DNA from: Ancylonema sp.
Lineage: Eukaryota
Direction of reading: 5' to 3'
DNA length: 20,000 nt
Assembly: GCA_050230475.1 (NCBI GenBank)
Contig: JBFLGF010000042.1
Location: 56,024 to 76,023 of the forward strand
The notes beneath the pieces are model-generated. The model did no database searches. It had not been told where the DNA came from and worked only from the letters and a program-made list of their open reading frames with translations. Below are positions 11,324 to 20,000 of the stretch, one piece after another. How positions within the stretch are numbered: position 1 is the first letter of the stretch; each line of letters starts with the position of its first letter. The position numbers and the translations under genes were made by a program.

Positions 11324-11333
11324 AGGGAGGGGG
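11324..11333 (+). promoter_or_regulatory. Polypurine tract of inner copia
   Basis: agggaggggg directly abutting the TG of the 3' LTR. Confidence 0.9.
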
Positions 11334-11718
11334 TGTTAGTTTTTTAGGGTCTGTGAACTTTTGTCTTTAATATCGATTTTAGGGCTTAAGTTTAGATTTG
11401 TCGATTTTGTAGTTTTTCCCGTCGATATGATTACTTTGGGCCACCTGCCGGTGTGTCGATAAGACTAGGTGATTTGGCATAATACTCGAATACGGTTGGT
11501 GTTGACTTGTTAGTTCGATCAGTAGATATCTTTGACTAGGAGGGGGCACGGATCACACTCGATTGTACTTAGTCTGAGCTTACATGCACAGTTCTGCAAT
11601 CAATCAATCTACTTCAACCTTGCAATTTTGTTGTGTGTGTTTGTAACTCTGTGAATGTTTGTTTCATGTGTGTGAAGACTATTTATTCTTGCATCGATGG
11701 CAAAAGATAGCAACAACA
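11334..11718 (+). repeat. 3' LTR of inner copia (385 bp)
   Basis: tgttagtttttt...agcaacaaca followed by the TSD tgagt. Confidence 0.97.
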
Positions 11719-12139
11719 TGAGTACCTGGCTCTTAGTTCTGCTGGCAATGAGGCCATTTACCTCAGCCAAATGCAAGGGGAGCTTGGAGTTGGGGACAAA
11801 GGTGGTGTTTAGATTCTTGGTGATAATGAGAGTTCGATGAAGTTGGTTGAGAATTCGGTTTTTCATAGACGCTCGAAACATATTGGGATCAAGTGGCATT
11901 CTATCAGGGAGCAGGTGGCAAAGAAGAAGATAAGGCTGGAGTTTGTAAAAAGTGAGGATCAGGCTGCAGATATGGTGATTAAGGTTGTGCTTGTCAAAGT
12001 TTTGAGGAAGAATTGTGTTTTGGTTGGGTTGGTTGAGGAGGGGTGATTTTATTTTGTGCAAGTTGTTGTGTTTTGTGAAAAAATCGATATAATGTGTTAT
12101 CGTTTTTGGAGGGGGAAACAAAAGTATCCAAGGAGGGGG

Positions 12140-12587
12140 TGTTAGTTTTTAGGGGCTCTGAACTTTTGTTGTCATATCGATTTTCCCGATCTGTTCGTTG
12201 TAGTTTGAGTTTTTGTCGTTATTTAGCAAGTGCCGGCCGAACTTGTTAGTGGTGATTGTGCCGATAAGTTATGGCCAGTCAGCTTAAGTGTTGATAAGTT
12301 TTAATCGATGTGGCATAACGCTAAGTTGTGATTGGTGTTGACTCATATAGTTTCGATATGTTGTTAGACGCTCTGTCGATCACACTCAATTGTACTAAGA
12401 GTGGACTTGCACGCAAGATCTTGTAATCAGACTTTCTATCTCAAGCTTGCACTTTTGTTGTGTTGATGCTTGTAATGTCGTGATCGATCGATTCATGAGT
12501 TGATTAAGAGTTGAACTTTATTATTGCAAAGATGGCATAAGAAAGTTCTCATACTTCTTGCATCGATGGCAGAAGATAGCAACAACA
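12140..12587 (+). repeat. 3' LTR of outer copia (448 bp)
   Basis: Starts tgttagtttttagg after a PPT. Ends tacttcttgcatcgatggcagaagatagcaacaaca, identical to the end of the inner 5' LTR. Interior only patchily similar (e.g. gatcacactc.attgtact). Confidence 0.9.
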
Positions 12588-12897
12588 TTGTCCGCTCACA
12601 AATGCGACTAACAAATAGGCGCAACACTATACTACATGTCCTACAAACCATGTTGACATTTAAACTAAGTTCTTTGCCTACACAACGTGCAGACCCGTAT
12701 TGTCCAGCAAAACCCCGGAACAACCCGGCCAACAGGCATGTGCCGCGGTATCGGCAACGTTAAATAATTGCCAACCCGGAAAAACTGTTATAACGATCGG
12801 TATGCCCGTTATACCATGCTCCTTTTGGCAGACCTTGTCGCTATAACAAATTATGCCTTGAGGAATGTGAATGGGTATCACACACGTTAGTTGAACG

Positions 12898-13210
12898 CGT
12901 AGTTGGCCCCGAACATGTCCGGGACATGTCCGGGCCCCGACAACCCTACCAAAATAAAAGCGTTAGAAACGACAAAGACGAACGCCTAGGCAAGTAATGT
13001 TGCCGGTGTATGTAAGCAAGATACGTAGTACACACCAAAGAGGAGACAAGTGTCATGCCATGAGAACCCTCACACTTGAGTTTCTGAAGTATAAACAAGA
13101 GGAGAAAGTGTCGTTTTTTTTCTTGTTGGCCTCGGACATGTCCGCGACGAGTAATGTCCAGGACAATTGCGGGACATCTCCTGGACAAGCTCGTCCGGCA
13201 CCCAACTATG
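12898..13210. mobile_element. hAT-like MITE (313 bp)
   Basis: Termini CGTAGTTGG / CCAACTATG form an inverted repeat with 1 mismatch. Flanked by an 8-bp direct repeat gttgaacg (12890-12897) / attgaacg (13211-13218). Clustered subterminal GGACATGTCC-like palindromes at both ends. Confidence 0.75.
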
Positions 13211-14251
13211 ATTGAACGGCCCGTTACATAGTGAAGTATTCTTTGGCGTCTTGTTTTCGAAAGCGTCCTTTTGTGACTTGCAACCGTGGCTAATGTGACA
13301 TTGAGAAGAGAAACGTTGATGTCAAGTTATCACGCAATTGTTTATTTAATAAAGCGTGTTCAACGCGTTGCGTACAAGCGGCTCAAAAATTACAAGACTA
13401 CACGCAAGAACCCAACATGACAATACAATAGAGGGCGTGCGTTTGTTGGAGTCTCGGTTTCCGCCAACACTCAAGGTGTTCGCTCTGCACAACATGGCAA
13501 GCCCTTTGAACTCGTTTTTGCCCTTTAGACACATCAGAACATTGCTCAAAAAGTGGGTGTACAACATGGTTGCGATAGATTTCCGGTGTGAACCACGCCG
13601 TTAATTCAATGGTGGTGTGAATTTGGTTAGAGGTTTGTGGGAAAACAACGACTTTGATGTTTCCTCGCTAATGATCCCTCCTCACAGTGAAAGAAATCCA
13701 TTTCATTTCGCAGTGTTCTCTTCCACAATAAAATTGTGAGTACCGTACTATCCACACATACTCACCCACAAATAATTATAAAAAGGGTGGGTTGGGTCAA
13801 ATACAATAATAGTGGGTTGTTAAAAGTGGTCATTCTCTAATGTGGATCAACAGATAATATATATCATTCAAGATTTTGCGAATTTTTATACGGAGTGCAC
13901 GGGTGGGTCAATTGGTGGTTCAATAGATTGAATTTATTCATTTTAAAAACTCGGGTCATTATGTGTGGCCAGTACGGTATACACTCCCTAATGCACACGT
14001 AGCAAGGGACCGCACAACATCCGCAAAATACTATTACACAAAGTTGAAAGTTGAATTTGATCATTGATACTACACGAGTACCCCCTCAATCCTCTCGCCA
14101 ATGCCCCAAGTAGAACTTGAGCTCCATGACAGGTCAAAGGCTGGATACCAACGCAAAGTATTTTGCAAAACGAAGGGCTAAGCACCCTTCCAGATTGTTG
14201 ACCGACCATGGAGCACGAGCCTTGCCATATCACCATAAAAAAACCAAATCC

Positions 14252-17114
14252 CTATTGTTGGACTCTCGACCTACGCACCCCCCGTTGTATCGAATTTCCA
14301 TCCACATTCCGGTCTTCGTTTCGTATCATCTCCAAGAACTTCCGCACCTCCTCTGCGCTCCCGTCCGCGATGTGTGCGTCCACCAAGGCTTCATAGGTGC
14401 CCTCCTTGGGACTGTAACGAGGAATGGGAAGATACAACAAAATGCAACATTTCATACTTGGTGGATAAATGTAATTAAGGGTAAATAACCCACAACTACG
14501 TTTTGTGGCGGGATTGTTGACAAAAATATGATGAAATAAAGCAAAACATAGAAGTAAAATATAGAATAAAATAAAATATGTTAAAATTTGATAAAAAAAT
14601 GATTTAAGCCAAACTTGGTCAACGTGTGAACCGTGGCTGAAAGGTGGCAAGACAATTAGTAAATAGTTCGAATATGGAGGTGGCTTGTCTCGAATAACGT
14701 GTACTACATTTTTTTGTCCCACCAACGCCCCCGAAGTGCACGATTCCGCAACTCAACTAAAAAAAAAGGGGGAAGAAATGAACATGCACGGGGCATGATA
14801 TATGTAGCGTATGCCCTGACCCCGCCCCCCCCTTCCCCCAACCTCATCCCCTCCCTCCGCATCCTCTTCATCACTCGTAGCGCATCCGAGAGTCGCCCCA
14901 AGTTGATCATGTGGGTGATGAGGGTGGTGTACGTGAAGTGGTTGGGTGGCACGCCGCCACGTGTCATCTCCCCAAGAACCCGGAGGGCATCCTCCATCCT
15001 CCCGTACTTGCTGAACCCAAAACCCGACGAACCCACAAAGCCACCAACATCAATTTTTGGGGTTCCCTTTCCACCCCTCAATCTTATTCCACCCCTCATT
15101 CTTATTCCACCCCTCATTCTTATTCCACCCCTCATCCTCGGGTACCCCTCCGCCCCCTCACCAGAACGCAAGGATGAGGGTGTTGTAAGAAACCGCATCC
15201 GGTTCCACCCCCCCTTTCCGCATTGCGCCCAACGTCTCCTCCGCCTTCAGGCACAGCCCCATTCTGCCGTAAGCGCCCAGAAGGGTGTTGAGGGTAATCG
15301 TATCCGGAACGAAACCGGAGGCGCGAAGATTCGCCAGCGCCGCCTCCATCTGAAAAAAAAAAAAAAAAAAAACAAAACAAACATGCAGACAGAGGCAGAG
15401 ACATGAGCTTGAGGTGGTGAATCCAGTACTCTGTTCATAACACCTGAGGTCACTGTTGTCCCCACCTGTGCCACCTGTCCCCTCTTTCCGTACAGCGCCA
15501 TCATTGCGTTCCACACGTTCAAGTCAGGTGCGAATCCCTCCTCCGCCAGCTGGCGCATCGCCCTCTCCGCCTCCTCCCCCTCCCCCGTCTTTGCGTACAC
15601 CAGCACCACAGATTTGAGGAGCACGAATGAGCCCCTCACCTCCCCCCTACCCCTCATCACCTCCACCGCCCCCCTCAGCCTCTCCCCCTCCCCCCCCTCC
15701 GCGTACGCGTGCAGCAACGCGGAGAACGCGCATGCATCGGGTCTCAACCCCCTGGACCGCATTTCTGCCACCGTGGATTCTGCCGCCTGCCATTGGCCCT
15801 CCCTAGCGTAGGCTGAAAGGAGGGACGTGAAGGTGGCGTTGTTGGGCGCCACCTGGCGCTTCTGCATGGCCTCAAAAACCTCCCTCGCGTCCTTGGCAGA
15901 CCCACAGCGGCCGTAGGCGTCGATCAGGATGTTGTACGTGTCCTGCGGCAGAGGGCAGCCGCCCGCCCTCATCTCCCCCAACACTTTTGCCAACTTTGCC
16001 GCGTCCCCCGCCCGTCCGTATGCGGACAGAAGGGTGTTGAAGGTATACGTGTCGGGGGCGCACCCGCTCTCCCTCAGGTCGGCGGAAACGGCCTCCATTT
16101 CTGCCAGCTGTCCCTTCTTGCCGTGCATGCTGAGCATGGTGTTGAAGGTGTGGAGATTGGGGCAGCAATACTCCCCCCTCCCTTTTGCCATCTTCCCATA
16201 CAGCTCCCTCGCCTTCCCCTCCTCCCCAACCGCGCCGTACGCCGCAAGCAGGGTGGTGAGGGTGACGACATCCGCCTCCACCCCCTCCCCCAGCATCTCC
16301 TGCAGCAGCCGTTCGGCCTCCCCAACCTCCCCCGCCTTCCCCCTGAGGGCTATGAGGTGGTTGTACGACACGGAGTTGGGACGGTAACCCGCCCGCCGCA
16401 TCCGCTCTACCACCTGCGCAGCCCTCTTCCCATCCCCCAACTTCACGTACATCCCGATGAGGGAGTTGTGGGTCACAACGTCGGCGGCCACCCCCCTGGC
16501 TTCCATTTCCCGTACCACCCCTTCAGCTTCTTCCACCCACCCCCCCCTCCCGGCGGCTGCAATCATGCTGTTGTAAGTCCGTACTGACGGCTCCAGGCCT
16601 TGGAGCTCCATGTCCTTTATCAGCTGGCGAATCGTTTTCCAGGAGCCCCTTCGGCGGCCGTACACAGATATGATGATGTTATAAGTCGCTAACGACGGCT
16701 GCATCCCCTCACGTTTCATTTGTTCGAAAAGCGTCAGAGTTTCTTTGTACCGCCCCTCCTTAAAAAGAGCGGACAGATGGCGGGTGTGGGCAACGACTGG
16801 GGCGAGATTTCCGTCTGCCTGTAGACCGGATCAATGCAACCCGATGTGATGTCAGCGCAAACAGCGACATCATTACTGGAATGAGGTACCGGAATCAGTA
16901 CCTTGCGGGACAAGATGGGACCCTCCAACCTCGCAGGGGACTCGTCTAACTTCGCACCAGATTCTATGGTGCGAGGTATGCTGTGAAAGCGTCTCGGGAG
17001 GGGTGAGGGGGTGAGATGATGCAGGTGAGGCACTGTGCGAGGAGCTGTGGAAGGAGATGAAGGCAAAATATATGCATTGATTGAATGAGTCCCAAATATC
17101 CTGCTGCTCGACAT
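14252..17114 (-). CDS. P-class pentatricopeptide repeat protein (~693 aa, ~17 repeats), organelle-targeted, PPR10/At5g02860-clade-like; exons 17114-16902, 16818-15466, 15349-15162, 15010-14843, 14411-14252
   Basis: Tandem 35-aa repeats (TYN.LI..YG+.G...A...+.EM...G..PD). Four GT-AG introns with compatible phases (0,0,2,2) restore canonical repeats across the junctions (GQVAQ|MEAAL, ILAFC|KYG, EGMS|PKEGTY). Total 2082 nt, no internal stops. Exon 1 is Ser/Pro/Thr/Arg-rich like a transit peptide. Irregular repeats (RGSWKTI, DTYNILIDAYGRCGS, LLHAYA, VLLKSVVLVYAK) recall At5g02860/PPR10 from memory. The 3' end of the last exon is the least certain part. Confidence 0.9.
15069..15135. repeat. 18-bp minisatellite (~3.7 copies) in PPR intron 3
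   Basis: ttccacccctca(a/t)tctta repeated in tandem inside intron 15011-15161. Confidence 0.9.
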
Positions 17115-17309
17115 GCCTGGAGACGCACGTACGAAGTGACGATAGTGAGCTGGGACGGAGAAGAAGTGGAGTCACCTGCGCATATCTTTGTGCGTTCACA
17201 CACAAATATACCGTCTGACTCAAGCAGCTGTACAGCTGAAAACTGTAGCTCACAGATGTGCTGGACCAGAAATCGTTTTCAAAGAGTGAGAATTAGTAAT
17301 TCTGAATTA

Positions 17310-17500
17310 CAGTGCTCCCTCGATATAAGGACCCTGTTTATTGATAACCTCGATATCAGGGCAGTTTTTTGAACGTGTCAAGAATCGATATAAAATGGCC
17401 CTCGATATAAGCATAACGACATTCTGTATTAAGACAAATCAATAAAAAAATGTGTCCTGTGAAATGTGTCCCTCAACGTCCTTATATCGTGTCTAGTACG
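17310..17500. mobile_element. Degenerate Tc1/mariner (pogo/Tigger-like) MITE
   Basis: TA|CAGTGCTCCCTCGATATAAGGAC at the left. Inverted copy GTCCTTATATCG at 17478-17489, with the outer part of the right TIR eroded. CCTCGATAT occurs three times internally. Confidence 0.6.
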
Positions 17501-17699
17501 CTATTTCTCGCATACAAAGATGTATGTAAAGCGAGTGAAATCTAGAATCCAAAAATTACAACTTTACGTCGATGAAAGTGATGAAAAGTATGGGTGCGAA
17601 CTAATATACATCGTTTCTTTCATAAGGCTTAGGTGACATACATGGCTCCTTTCATCGATGAACGGACGGACCGCCTCTAATTCATCTACGTGTGGCAGT

Positions 17700-18245
17700 G
17701 GCTCATGCTCCACCACCTGGATCTTGGCAAGGAGATGGGATGCCGCCTATAGAGGATGTAGTAAGGGGAATATCGCAAGACCTTTTGCTAAGTCACGCGG
17801 TAGCCCATCACGACGTAGGGCAACACCAAGTTCTAGTTAATAGCACAACGCTCTAGGAGAGTTTTTCGAAAGCCGTGCTTCATGGTCTGGACCATACGGT
17901 CGGAGAGACCATCTGCTTGGGGGTGCTCACGGGAGGCAAGGTGATGATCTAATTAAAAGTGGGATAGAAGGTCCTGAGAATCACCTTTGAATTCGGAGCC
18001 TTGGTCCGTGACGACGTCACCCATGCGCCCATGCGACCCATGCGACCCAATAAAAATTCAAGCAAAGCCCATGCAGTTCTATAAAATGACTTATCAAGCA
18101 TAGCACATGGCACATACTCCACCCATTTGGTGGAATGTTCGATCACTACCAACACATACTTGTAACCCCGTTTCGTCACCGGGAACGGACCGGCAAAGTC
18201 AACACCCCACTTATATCCAAGCCCATGGATGGGAAGGGGTTGTAG
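17700..18245 (-). pseudogene. Ty3/gypsy integrase core relic
   Basis: Manual translation: LQPLPIHGLGYKWGVDFAGPFPVTKRGYKYVLVVIEHSTKWVE...(frameshift at cccatgcg x3, ~18020-18047)...VVTDQGSEFKG...HPQADGLSERMVQTMK...YSPYYILY. D-D-E triad visible. Confidence 0.9.
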
Positions 18246-19029
18246 CTAGTTTCTGTGTATTGTGTGCTTGCTTGTGCGGGATGTTTGTATCTAAAGTGAT
18301 CGGAAGCCGTGTGCCGTGTTGCCTACGCATCGTTGTACATTATATCGTTCTCCGTATTCTTATTACTATTGCAATTGTCGTCACCTTTGCAAGAAGTGTT
18401 GTCAACCGTTTCTCTACCATCATGGAATCGTTACTAAAGATGTGCACCGTTTCTTGTCCGCTGTGCCGGATAATCTCGCAGCGAATCATTCGGCCTCGTG
18501 TCTATTCGTGTTTATTCGCTATTTTTCACATCGTTTGAGATTCTAATCGTATTTGTGCGTAAACTTGAAGCATCGTGTTCGTACATGTTTTTTGCAACTT
18601 CATCTGTAAAAATTATATGGCTATTTGCTCTGAGCTCGTTTGGCAATAATTGTGGCGTGTTCTTAAACCATGCAAATGTCAACTCTTGATCAACCTCTAC
18701 GTTGTTTTTCAAGACCTTCCAGTATTTTGTAGTGCATATTAGTCTTTCGCGAGTAGTATTTTTTTGTACACTTAGCTGATAAATCACATATAACGCCACA
18801 TTTCCATTCCTAGGGTTTTGAGTAGAGAATCAATCTACAAATGACTCTAAACTAACGAGATTATGAATCAAAGGCCAATCCAGATGTTGTGAACTCAATG
18901 GAAAGAGCCAAGTCATCCATTACAACCCGCCAACATCAACGGCGAAGAAAAAGATAAATGGTGATGTTTTGTAGATTTTATAAAAAATCTCTCGATTTCT
19001 CAGTTTGTGAGAGATTTCGGTGACAAGTT

Positions 19030-20000
19030 GTTTACTGACTTTATTAGGCACGTCACCTATGCCCCAAATTCAGCTCTTCGAGTTCACCGACAACAACATT
19101 TTTTCCACCCGTCTTCATGTACCCGTTGCATTTGAGGCGCCCCGTCCTTCTTGTCGAAATACGTGCGCTCATGATGACCTGTTGGCCCGCAAAACGAGTT
19201 GTTCTCGATTTTTGTTGGGCACTCACGGCGAAGGTGTCCACTCTTTTCGCAATAGCACGCGCGCGTGTCACCGACAACTCCTCCGCTTCCACTCCCAATT
19301 TCCTTGCCTCTACCACCGCCACCGCCACCACCTCGCCCTACTCGGTAATTTTCCGTGCCACCCTGCCGACCACTCCACTTAGTGTAATTCGCTTCCGCCA
19401 CTAAGGCTTTTGCCGTCTCCTTCTCTTTCTCTTTTTTGCCATATAGTTCGTCGATACTCATTTGGCCCCACACCCAGCCAACTCCTGGTGGTTTCGGCAA
19501 AGCGTGGTAACTTTTCTTTAGCATGCCGTACTTTTATTTCGACATCCTTGAAAACAATGCCATAACAAGATCGTTAACATCCACGTTCAGTCCTTGATAT
19601 TGTGCTCCGCTCACGATTGTCATGAAGTCATTCTTAATCGTCCGGACATTGTCCGACTCGTTGACTTTGAACTAATCAAGCTTTTGCTTGGCAAGCTAAC
19701 GAAGTTTAGGAGAGATTCGATCATGGTCTTCGTGAAGCTTCTCCCACAACTTCATGGGATTGCGTCGATCACTTTCCACACTAGCCGCTATGTTGTCACT
19801 CACTAGCGACATCATCAACATAGATGCCATTTTCTTCCGTTTGTTAAAATATATCATGAGTATCGATTACTCATCCAAATCACCTAGATTCAAGACGTAT
19901 CTATTGCCATCAATTTAATGCTTAAATTGTTAGAATATTTTGGATAGCCATATGTTATGCTTGCTAGTCCAGTTGTAACCGGTTACTCTAACCGGGAGCA
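19030..20000 (-). pseudogene. gag: Copia gag relic related to the inner copia element
   Basis: LKKSY..LPKPPGVGWVWGQMSIDEL...ALVAEANY, an RGG tract and degenerate knuckles (CYCEKSGHLRREC) align by eye with inner gag LKKLY..AKAPGISWVWAQMGVDEL...ALVAK*NY. SMLMMSLVSD matches MMLLMGLVSED. Confidence 0.85.

Larger units (their letters stand above)
6444..11718 (+). mobile_element. Inner full-length Ty1/copia LTR retrotransposon (decayed), 5-bp TSD TGAGT
   Basis: Paired TG...CA LTRs (6444-6810, 11334-11718). TGAGT at 6439-6443 and 11719-11723. PBS and PPT present. Domain order gag-(PR)-INT-RT-RH. Confidence 0.97.
6287..12587 (+). mobile_element. Outer (older) Ty1/copia element, 3' part only: RNase H split by the nested copia, PPT and 3' LTR
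   Basis: 6287-6443 encodes ELPVVGYSDASHGDDVDTRKGRAGYVF...THSSCESE. This continues in frame after 11723 as YLALSSAGNEAIYL...GDNESS...FHRRSKHIGIKWH...DQAADM, ending at the stop at 12046. PPT aaggaggggg at 12130-12139. Confidence 0.9.

Noticed and set aside
12590..14240. Short ORFs (60-123 aa) between the copia LTR and the PPR gene, and scattered gggtca motifs at 13785-13960
   Set aside because: No protein motifs and no definable TIR/TSD. An extra small terminal PPR exon near 14060-14120 could not be supported.
15069..15135. Short repeats as a CRISPR-like array
   Set aside because: Head-to-tail repeats with no spacers, in a eukaryotic intron.
15247..15465. C-terminal tail of the 490-aa ORF (VGTTVTS...FFFFFFR...)
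   Set aside because: Read-through into intron 15465-15350 and an out-of-frame exon; splicing restores PPR periodicity.
14699..16587. Plus-strand ORFs (14699..15406, 15929..16387, 16123..16587 and others)
   Set aside because: Antisense shadows of GC-rich PPR exons; the poly-Lys and LIPP repeats come from an intronic poly-T tract and the minisatellite.

Overview
Eukaryotic, repeat-rich window. The spliceosomal introns, the intron-containing P-type PPR gene and the element families point to the green lineage, probably a streptophyte alga or early land plant (inference). Positions 1-12587 are a three-element retrotransposon nest. An old Ty1/copia element (visible part 6287-6443 plus 11719-12587) was hit twice within about 160 bp of its RNase H. 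One insertion is a full-length but decayed copia element (6444-11718; LTRs, tRNA-iMet PBS, PPT, TGAGT TSD). The other is a minus-strand, probably Ty3/gypsy-type element (<1-6286). After Gag, that element carries a DNMT3-like C5-cytosine methyltransferase fold (~150-1113) in which all the catalytic motifs are substituted while the scaffold is conserved. This candidate retrotransposon-encoded pseudo-methyltransferase is the most interesting signal in the window. To the right lie a hAT-like MITE (12898-13210) and an intact five-exon gene for an organelle-targeted P-class PPR protein (17114-14252, minus strand, ~693 aa, PPR10/At5g02860-like). These are followed by a pogo/Tc1-like MITE in the PPR upstream region, a gypsy integrase relic and a copia gag relic. 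All assignments come from manual translation and remembered motifs; no searches were run.
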